Shown here in pieces: positions 56,823-64,000 of a stretch of 64,000 bases of DNA. Below the pieces are notes generated by a model. It had not been told where the DNA came from and searched no databases. It saw only the letters and a list, made by a program, of their open reading frames with translations. Origin of the DNA: Candidatus Daviesbacteria bacterium RIFCSPLOWO2_01_FULL_39_23. Lineage in GTDB: Bacteria > Patescibacteriota > Microgenomatia > Daviesbacterales > UBA10151. The position numbers and the translations under genes were made by a program. Positions within the stretch are counted from its first letter, which is position 1. Each line of letters starts with the position of its first letter. Location: the NCBI GenBank assembly GCA_001776935.1, contig MFDN01000014.1, forward strand, positions 65,464-129,463, written 5' to 3'.

Positions 56823-57155
56823 GATGAGGTTTTGTCTCTGACCACAAACATTTATCAAACTTATATGGAAGCCCCTGATTTTCTAAAGAGACATTACCTG
56901 AGGTTATTCTTTGACAAGATATACGTAAAGGATAAAAAGCTATGGAAAGTGGTTGAAAATCCAGTGTTTTCAGTACTAAGAAAACAGGAGAAACTTATAA
57001 TAGACGGGCACTGGTTGGCGGATATAGATGCTATTCGAACTTTTTGGGCAGCTGCCCAAAAAAGATACTTAAAAAAAGATGAGAATTGGGTACAAAAACC
57101 TTGGGACAAGGAAGTGTTAGATTGGCTAGTCACATTAATAACAATAACAGCTTAA
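56823..57155 (+). pseudogene. C-terminal remnant of a large serine recombinase-like gene
   Basis: KRHYLRLFFDKIYV resembles LSR C-terminal KRxxLxxxIxxIxV; ends WLADIDAIRT over a tRNA-Gln-like att sequence. Confidence 0.5.
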
Positions 57156-57445
57156 TTTCCAGCAATTAATGCTTCCTTTTTTGCTTTAGTCCACTGTTTT
57201 AATTGATATTCTCTCCTCATAGCCTCAATTCTAGTAAGATATTGTTCTGAATAAACTAACTTAAACGAATCAAAGTATCTAATATATTTAGCAGATTTGC
57301 CATTTTTACTTTTATGTTCATTTAACCTTTTTTCTAAATTATTTGTCTGGCCGATATAAAGGGTGTTTGAGGAAGTACGAAGAATGTAAACATAGTAGCA
57401 ATCCTTTGACTCCCTTTGGTCACTCAGGGCATTCAACCTAATCAT
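57152..57445 (-). CDS. GIY-YIG nuclease (UPF0213/YhbQ-like), copy 2
   Basis: YYVYILRTSSNTLYIGQTNNLEKRLNEH; REP-like CTGAGTGACCAAAGGGAGTC in 5' codons. Confidence 0.9.
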   Translation of the reverse strand: MIRLNALSDQRESKDCYYVYILRTSSNTLYIGQTNNLEKRLNEHKSKNGKSAKYIRYFDSFKLVYSEQYLTRIEAMRREYQLKQWTKAKKEALIAGN

Positions 57446-57524
57446 AATCTTAATATATTAAGATTAGTTTGATGCATATTCAATAATTGAAAAGTGCAAA
57501 CAAACCGAATATACTTTTTATACT

Positions 57525-57824
57525 ATGGATGATACCAAGAAAATGCTTCAGGCTATAATTTCTGGACAAAATGCTCTCAAGCAGGAATTAGTAGTAAAAA
57601 TCGATAAGTTAGGTGAAAAACTGGACGGCAGAATAGATGGATTAGAGGGTAGAATAGACACTCTTGAGGAAAGGGTTGTGAAAGTTGGAAATAATTTAAC
57701 AAAAAGGATCGACAAAATTGGTAAACAACTTGCATATCTCGAAGATGATTCTCCAACCAGAGAAGAATATGATGAATTAGAAAAAAGAGTACATAAAATT
57801 GAACAAAAAGTCATCTCAGTATAG
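57525..57824 (+). CDS. Coiled-coil protein
   Basis: Heptad repeats (LDGRIDG LEGRIDT); LEDDSPTREE. Confidence 0.75.
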   Translation: MDDTKKMLQAIISGQNALKQELVVKIDKLGEKLDGRIDGLEGRIDTLEERVVKVGNNLTKRIDKIGKQLAYLEDDSPTREEYDELEKRVHKIEQKVISV

Positions 57825-57830
57825 GTTCAA

Positions 57831-57957
57831 AGTTGCGGGACATGGATAATCCCGTATCCTTCGATGACTCAGGATTAACGAACCTCGTAAACGGATTCAA
57901 ATCCCATTATCCACTTCTAGATACAAAAAGACCCTCACAAGGAGGGTTTTTGTATCT
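57831..57957. mobile_element. 127-bp mini-element duplicating the tRNA-Gln 3' end
   Basis: 17-bp direct repeat AGTTGCGGGACATGGAT at 57831 and 57958; TGGATAAT/ATTATCCA stem; long terminator-like hairpin 57917-57959. Confidence 0.72.
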
Positions 57958-57959
57958 AG

Positions 57960-58030
57960 TTGCGGGACATGGATTCGAACCATGATAGATAGCTCCAAAG
58001 GCTATCGTCCTACCATTAGACGATCCCGCA
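57960..58030 (-). tRNA. tRNA-Gln (TTG)
   Basis: TGCGGGA/TCCCGCA acceptor, ATAGC-CTTTGGA-GCTAT anticodon arm, GGTTCGAATCC. Confidence 0.93.
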
Positions 58031-58155
58031 GCGCCTGCAGGTATTATACCTCGTAGCATGCCAAGAATCGAGATCTAAGCACTATCTTGACTCTTATCAA
58101 AGAGTATGCCAACAATGGTATTAAGGGATCTTTCCTAAAGGAGGTGATTAACAGA

Positions 58156-58347
58156 ATGGATACAAAACAATTAATAGCTTGGATTTTGGTGATCGGTGCT
58201 GTTAACTGGGGTTTAGTCGGACTTGTAAACATGAATATTGTTGAGACAATCTTTGGTGCATCAATAATCACCAAAATTGTTTACATAATCATTGGTTTGG
58301 CCGGTGTGTATAAAGCTTACATGATGGTTGGCGGAAAGAAAAAATAG
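58156..58347 (+). CDS. DUF378 family small membrane protein
   Basis: AGGAGGTGA SD; LVIGAVNWGLVG...VYIIIGLAG. Confidence 0.88.
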   Translation: MDTKQLIAWILVIGAVNWGLVGLVNMNIVETIFGASIITKIVYIIIGLAGVYKAYMMVGGKKK

Positions 58348-58401
58348 TTTCCTGCCAAATTTAGGTAATTATTTCCGCAGGAAATAATCCTACGGTTTAT
58401 T

Positions 58402-58436
58402 AAAATCCGGCTGCTTTAATGCGGCCGGATTTTTTT
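58402..58436 (+). terminator. Bidirectional intrinsic terminator
   Basis: AAAATCCGGCTGC/GCGGCCGGATTTTTTT between convergent genes. Confidence 0.8.
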
Positions 58437-58449
58437 GGATAAAATATAT

Positions 58450-61400
58450 TTACAAATACCTCAAATACCGACCAATTGTTTCTACTAAAGCAGCATAGCC
58501 ATTAGGTTTTAGTACCTGAATAAAGTTATCATGCCTATTAAATTTAATATTTAAGCCTGCATCAAATATCTTATATCTTTTAGCAAATTCTTCGTAGGGT
58601 AACACTCCTCCTTGTCCGTCATGAGATGCCTGCCAAAAACTTTGAAAGGCATCAAGCATATTTCCGTTATGAAGCAAGATCCAGTTCTCAACACCAATTC
58701 CTCCCATTCCTCCATCTTCAAGCTTTTTGTATGCATGCCCTGCTTTAAGAATCTTTTTGGTCAGCACAATATTTGCAAGAGCATCTAAATATGCCCCGTC
58801 ACCGTGAGTTGCCCTAATTGACTCAAGCTTTTGCGCAATAGAATCACTGGAAGCAAAAATTCCCTCATCAGAACGCTTGCCGATTCCAATATCAATATCT
58901 AGAATTTCACCTTCAATTATTTGTGATCCCTTACCCCGGACTTGAATATAATCAGTCTCTGTATGAGAAGCATCTTGTTGCAGTTTAAGTACGCCTTTAA
59001 CAATTTCGGCAATTTCACCTAGACGCTTACTGTTGTTCGGATCCAATTGAAGTGACATATCAAAATCATAATCTCCGGGAACATTACTGCCTCTTGCAGT
59101 TGATCCTGTATCAACAAGTTCGGCGCCATAGATGCTTGTATCAAACTCCCCACGCAACGCCACTCCGTTTGCATCAAGTACGTCTCCTATTCTTTTCCTG
59201 ATTTCGTTTGATAATCCTACAACTTTCTTTCTGTCTGAAGAGATCTCCTGTGCTAATTTATCCAGTGCTCCTCTGGTAGAATCTACAACCTCTCTGCTGT
59301 TCGGGAACGGATATAGAGCTTCATCAATACCGACTCTTCTTACGGCAGATGGGCTTTCGCTATATTCACTTACCCCATCAAAAGTTTTTCTATATTCATC
59401 AAACTGTTTCGGAGTAAAAATAATATTTCCGTTTCTATCAGCAACCGGGATATAGACGCCATTTTGTGCAATTGTCATAAACAGGTCATCAAACTTTCCG
59501 GCGGAGGAAGAATCCTTTTGCAAAACCATCGCATCTATTTCTGTTGAAGCAAATCCTGTACGTATGCCAAAATGTCTACCTCCAAGGGATAAAAATGATT
59601 CGTATTGATTTGCTCCTGTACCAAACTGTCCTCTATCGCGAACCAATAAATAAATATCCCCATAAGCTTTAGCTAAAGACGCATTTAAAGCACTGGTTAC
59701 ACCATTTGAAAGATCTCCATCAAGTATTAAACTGGTATCAGAATCATAAGGTGTTAAGTCTGAACCCGCAGAAACGCCGAGATATTCCCTTGCCACTGAA
59801 CCACGTTCTAAAATCTTCCCGATATTTATTGAATTTAAACCCTTAAATCTATCTCCGGCCTTTAAAGCAATCTTCCCCGCACCGGACTCTGCAAATTTTC
59901 TGTTTCTTGCATCTGCTTCTGCTTTCGATTTTGCCATCGCTTTTAAAACATCTTCAATATTGGTAAATCCTAAAGGCTTTAGAAACATTTCAGAAATCCT
60001 ATCTGTAAGTTTTTGGTCAGGACGGACATGAAAATTTCTTTTTAAAGCTTCTGCCCTTTTTTCTAAACTAAATTGAGAAGTAGTAGGGGATGAGTCTATA
60101 TGTTTCGCCCTTCGCCTGCTTTCAATAGTCCTGCCAAATAGTGATGAAGTATACAGCATATCCATCTTTTCGAAAAAGTGTTCAAGCTGCAACTTTTCTC
60201 TTTCACTAAGCGCGCCAACTCCTTCATCCTCCATTTTGGTAATTACACTTTCCCCATCCCTGATTGTTTGTAAATAATTACGCAATTGGGGATTGCCGGA
60301 ATGAATGTTAATAGAAAGAAGATCCCTATAAATTATTTCCCTGCGCTCCCTGGGGGTTGCTGATCTTAATACCGGGCTTAAGTTAGATCTTGATGATAAA
60401 TCCATTTCAAGAATAGATTTTCCGGAAGTTCCGGGATTATCATAAATAGTCTCAAAAACCCTATAGATTTTACCTACCAAAGGTAAATTATTTTTTTCAA
60501 ACACCCCAATAATTTCCTCCAGAGCTGCTTGTGGATTTTCAAGTTTCCAAAGCTGTCCAATAAGTTCCTTCTCAATTCTTTTTATTTCTGCTGAAGGTGA
60601 ATTTCTAATTCTATCTATTATTTCCTTTGCAACTCTATATTTTTCTGCTTTGTCAGGAGCAACGCGCGGAAAACCAGCTTCATTAATAACCTCCATTCTT
60701 AAATCTCCAGGAAGACTTTTCCAGATAGAAAGCACTGATCTCTCGAAATCATCATATTGTGATAATGCTTCATCAGAAAGATATGTCGCAAGAGCATCCG
60801 GATATTTTTGTCTAATTATTTCATCTGTGAAAACCCTTGTCGGTTTCCCATTTTTAATAAAATCCTTATAGCCGGGCGCAAGAGTGATTATTTTAATTAA
60901 CTTATCGCTTAATACAGTTATGTCTGCAAAATGCATAAGAGCTGATACTGTTTTGTATCTATCGAGAAGATCAGCGCTTAAGACGGGGAAGTGTTGTTCG
61001 GAAGCAGATAAAATCTGAAGTTGTTGGGGGAAACTTATCCAAATTTCTAGTGTTCTGCGTTCGTCTCCAAAAAATTCAAGCATATTATTTTTAAGAATCA
61101 TGGATAACGCACTAGGTCTTTTAAGTTCTATTAAGAATTTTGCGAGTTCCGCGTTAGGCTGACCTTCAGTAAACAGAGAACGGACATCACCGCTGTATTG
61201 TCCGAGGGCAGAAAATAGTTCTCGTGTTGGCCATTCATTTGCAGGGTAATCTCTAGGAGAAAAATCAGGAGAATTAAACAAATTTGCTAAATTTTTAACT
61301 CTTTTTACATCTTTTATTGTCAGATTCGGTGCTTTTATCCCGCTTCGCCACCTCTGACCAATTAATTCAGAAATACCATCCTGAACATCACGAGGAAGCA

Positions 61401-63342
61401 AAAGAACGCTTTTAAGCCATTCGTTCATTTTGTCTGGAGGAACTATTTGTCTAATACTATAGCCCATAAGAGGCATACTGTTAACACTGGCTATCCATTT
61501 TGCGTCTTTAAAATTATCAGTCGAAAATGGAATTCCTGCTTCCCGAAGAAGCAAAATAGTAGGTATATAATTGATAAATTCACCCAAACGGGACATATCC
61601 ACACTAGCCACATCCCTTTCTTCACTTGAACATTGCCTTCTGGAACCCTCTATTATTCTTTTTGTCATCCCAGGATCCAATAAATCAATGAGATCTTTTG
61701 CCTTATATAACTGAACCAATACAGATTGACTTGGATAATTTATATGTGAATATTCTCCGTGATCAAATTGGTCTAACCGATATGTAAAATAATCCTGGGG
61801 TTGTAAAATAATTTCTTCTTTTTGTAAATTCTGGACAAATTTTAAAAAATCCGGACTTAGTAATATCTGTCTTCTTTCGTCGCTAGACATCAAACTTTTA
61901 ATTTCTTCAACCCTGGTCCTTACACTTTCATCATAATCCTGATTTTCTATACCAAGTTTACCAAATATTAGGCTATTTAGGACAATTAGATCCTGACGAT
62001 CTTCATATAATTCGCTTACTTGCTTTGGCGAAACAGGGCTTCCTTTCATCAGCCTAAGAATTTGTGCAAATTCCAATTTATCCGGATCAGCTAAAATTGC
62101 CTGAACAGATGGATCTGCTACCAAATTCGATAAATCCTGATTAATTTCAGCCTGTGTCTGGTTTAAATAATTAAAGTGGTCATCATTAGAATCCGGTATA
62201 TCCAAGCTGATTCCTGATTGAATTAACGCTGTAAGAGGAGCAATCAAACCATCTTTATCTAAAGAATCTAAAGTATCAAATACGGTCGTTTTCCTTGAAA
62301 AACAACGATCGTAATACCCCCTTCTCAAAGCAACTGATAAAAATTGAAGTTTGTCTTGATTACCGATTAGAGTTTCATAAGCAGGAAGATCTTCTATTTC
62401 GACTTCCGGAAAAACATGGAAGAATGTTTTAAAGACGCGGGCAAGGATTCCGACTTTATCAAAAAATTCGGGAGGATAATTGGGGATATTTCCCGTTTCA
62501 GCAAGGCTTATTAATGTGTCAACTTGCGTGATATCACTACCGTATGATGTAACTCGCCAAGGATTATGCGGAACTTGGGACATTCCTTGTATTAAGGGTA
62601 ACAACTCCTGCGCATTTGGGGTTTTCAACAGCCTCATAATTGTGGTTATATCAGTTTTTCCAGTATAACTGCGCGGGTGAACAAATGAATCGAATAAATT
62701 TACATTAGGCTCAAGAGCTTTAATGAAAGGCATAGGGTCAACTCTTGTCTCAAGCAGTGCCTTTATTACAGGTATACTATCGATACCCAAATTAAGCCGG
62801 TTTGAACCACTCTTAAGATCAGTTTCCAGGCATACCACAAGACGCCTAAATTCTTCTATTTTAGAAACTCCCTGTCTGCGTGCTTCAAGAGCTAGTACCT
62901 GATGGCGGAGCATATCTTTAAGTTTAAATATTCTTACAGAATCTTCTTTAGGTATTGAGGGTTTATTTTCTTTTACTAATTCTTTAAATATGCTAAATGG
63001 ATCGGAACCGCCTATTTCTTTTGTTCTTACTTCAGCAAGAGTTTTTTGGTATTCAATTTCCGGATCAAGTGGAATTTGAGGATTTATTTCCGGTATGGTT
63101 TGACTTTTATCCACACTTACAACAACAATTGAATCATCTAATTTTTGATCCGGAGCTTCAACAATATCCGATAAAGCCGCATCAGGGTCAGGATGCGGTC
63201 TGGTAATTCTACCCCTTATTTTTTCAATCACGCGTTTTGCCGCTTCTGCAATTTTTCTGGTGGGACCGGATTTATTTTCTGCGGAAGATACTTTTTCAGA
63301 TGCAGGTACTATTGACTGATCAGGTGATGCTAATCCCGGCAT
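58450..63342 (-). CDS. Giant protein with C-terminal Pol-beta-superfamily nucleotidyltransferase domain
   Basis: DTGSTARGSNVPGDYDFDM (GS...DxD), later LDIDI, GGMGGIGVENWIL. Confidence 0.75.
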   Translation of the reverse strand: MPGLASPDQSIVPASEKVSSAENKSGPTRKIAEAAKRVIEKIRGRITRPHPDPDAALSDIVEAPDQKLDDSIVVVSVDKSQTIPEINPQIPLDPEIEYQKTLAEVRTKEIGGSDPFSIFKELVKENKPSIPKEDSVRIFKLKDMLRHQVLALEARRQGVSKIEEFRRLVVCLETDLKSGSNRLNLGIDSIPVIKALLETRVDPMPFIKALEPNVNLFDSFVHPRSYTGKTDITTIMRLLKTPNAQELLPLIQGMSQVPHNPWRVTSYGSDITQVDTLISLAETGNIPNYPPEFFDKVGILARVFKTFFHVFPEVEIEDLPAYETLIGNQDKLQFLSVALRRGYYDRCFSRKTTVFDTLDSLDKDGLIAPLTALIQSGISLDIPDSNDDHFNYLNQTQAEINQDLSNLVADPSVQAILADPDKLEFAQILRLMKGSPVSPKQVSELYEDRQDLIVLNSLIFGKLGIENQDYDESVRTRVEEIKSLMSSDERRQILLSPDFLKFVQNLQKEEIILQPQDYFTYRLDQFDHGEYSHINYPSQSVLVQLYKAKDLIDLLDPGMTKRIIEGSRRQCSSEERDVASVDMSRLGEFINYIPTILLLREAGIPFSTDNFKDAKWIASVNSMPLMGYSIRQIVPPDKMNEWLKSVLLLPRDVQDGISELIGQRWRSGIKAPNLTIKDVKRVKNLANLFNSPDFSPRDYPANEWPTRELFSALGQYSGDVRSLFTEGQPNAELAKFLIELKRPSALSMILKNNMLEFFGDERRTLEIWISFPQQLQILSASEQHFPVLSADLLDRYKTVSALMHFADITVLSDKLIKIITLAPGYKDFIKNGKPTRVFTDEIIRQKYPDALATYLSDEALSQYDDFERSVLSIWKSLPGDLRMEVINEAGFPRVAPDKAEKYRVAKEIIDRIRNSPSAEIKRIEKELIGQLWKLENPQAALEEIIGVFEKNNLPLVGKIYRVFETIYDNPGTSGKSILEMDLSSRSNLSPVLRSATPRERREIIYRDLLSINIHSGNPQLRNYLQTIRDGESVITKMEDEGVGALSEREKLQLEHFFEKMDMLYTSSLFGRTIESRRRAKHIDSSPTTSQFSLEKRAEALKRNFHVRPDQKLTDRISEMFLKPLGFTNIEDVLKAMAKSKAEADARNRKFAESGAGKIALKAGDRFKGLNSINIGKILERGSVAREYLGVSAGSDLTPYDSDTSLILDGDLSNGVTSALNASLAKAYGDIYLLVRDRGQFGTGANQYESFLSLGGRHFGIRTGFASTEIDAMVLQKDSSSAGKFDDLFMTIAQNGVYIPVADRNGNIIFTPKQFDEYRKTFDGVSEYSESPSAVRRVGIDEALYPFPNSREVVDSTRGALDKLAQEISSDRKKVVGLSNEIRKRIGDVLDANGVALRGEFDTSIYGAELVDTGSTARGSNVPGDYDFDMSLQLDPNNSKRLGEIAEIVKGVLKLQQDASHTETDYIQVRGKGSQIIEGEILDIDIGIGKRSDEGIFASSDSIAQKLESIRATHGDGAYLDALANIVLTKKILKAGHAYKKLEDGGMGGIGVENWILLHNGNMLDAFQSFWQASHDGQGGVLPYEEFAKRYKIFDAGLNIKFNRHDNFIQVLKPNGYAALVETIGRYLRYL

Positions 63343-63345
63343 ATT

Positions 63346-63687
63346 TTAATGGCTTGGTTCGTTTGCTTCCTTCAAAATCTTTGTTGCCTCATTTATTTTA
63401 CCTGACTTAATAAGCATTTGTGCGTGTTCAGTAACAATCTTTGTAATTTCTTCTTCGTGATCTTTTAAAACCGGCGCTATAGCCGCTGTTAGCTCTTGAA
63501 ACTCATCATCAAGAGTTGGGGCAATTTTGTATATTTGTTCAAGAGTTAAAGGAGGGTGAAGTTTATCCAAAACCATCCTGGCGATTGCCTTTGCCCGATC
63601 AATATCCATTTGCCCGTTAGTCAATTTTTCCTCTATAATTTTGAGTATGTCTAATTCAATCTTTTTTCTATATTCTTCGGCATTCAT
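63346..63687 (-). CDS. Hypothetical helical protein upstream of the giant gene
   Basis: ATG 63687 (MNAEEY); stop 3 bp before the next start. Confidence 0.7.
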   Translation of the reverse strand: MNAEEYRKKIELDILKIIEEKLTNGQMDIDRAKAIARMVLDKLHPPLTLEQIYKIAPTLDDEFQELTAAIAPVLKDHEEEITKIVTEHAQMLIKSGKINEATKILKEANEPSH

Positions 63688-63784
63688 AACATCTGACTTA
63701 ATTATTATGAATTCAGCAGTAAATTGCAAATTCAAAATGAAAAAAATTTGAAGGATTGCGCACCTGAAACCGTAGGTTTGATTT

Positions 63785-63846
63785 GTGAGCGGGTCGCACT
63801 TTGGGCGAACCTCGCTCAAAAATCAAAGAATTTTGAGCGGGAGACG
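63785..63846. repeat. tRNA-Gly-type 3'-end repeats with hairpin (att-like)
   Basis: GTGAGCGGG (63785) and GAGCGGGAGACGCA (63835), the latter identical to 24380-24393; CGCTCAAAA/TTTTGAGCG stem. Confidence 0.6.
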
Positions 63847-64000
63847 CATTTTATTTGGAACCGCTCCTCCCTCAAATTCTAAGTAATTTTACCAGCTTGA
63901 TGGAGGCATATCAAGCTGAGGAGGAAGAAAAATGAGCTCAACCCTGAGATACCATTCCGTATAACGTGTTTCCCTTGGTCCAAGTCCGCCTTTTGGTAGT

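Noticed and set aside
5640-63206. Numerous short ORFs nested in or antisense to long genes
   Set aside because: They overlap well-supported CDSs and lack motifs or start signals
58450-63687. Canonical CBASS operon
   Set aside because: No recognisable effector or Cap2/3 genes, and the NTase is embedded in a giant protein

Overview
AT-rich bacterial chromosome segment. Sparse metabolism, many small hypotheticals, tRNA genes without an encoded CCA and many apparently leaderless genes suggest a Patescibacteria (CPR), probably Microgenomates-type, organism; this is an inference. Housekeeping genes include gmk, a DEAD-box helicase, obg, dus, dinB, pyrD, gpmA-eno-ppsA, glycosyltransferases and metal transporters. 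There are six tRNA genes (His, Arg, Gly, Pro, Leu, Gln), three type II TA pairs and a Fic gene. No CRISPR array, intact transposase, integrase or reverse transcriptase was found. Strongest second-look signals: (1) a DUF3800 (RNase H-like) gene paired with a convergent ~80-nt structured RNA that has its own promoter and overlaps the stop codon; (2) recurrent 127-165 bp mini-elements that duplicate tRNA 3' ends and bound cassette-like gene arrays at tRNA-Gly, -Pro and -Gln, with a serine-recombinase remnant and duplicated GIY-YIG genes nearby; (3) short palindromic elements inserted in frame in dus, dinB and obg; (4) an intact but catalytically degenerate orphan HsdR; (5) a 1630-aa protein with a C-terminal Pol-beta-family nucleotidyltransferase domain. 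All calls come from reading motifs by eye; no searches were run.
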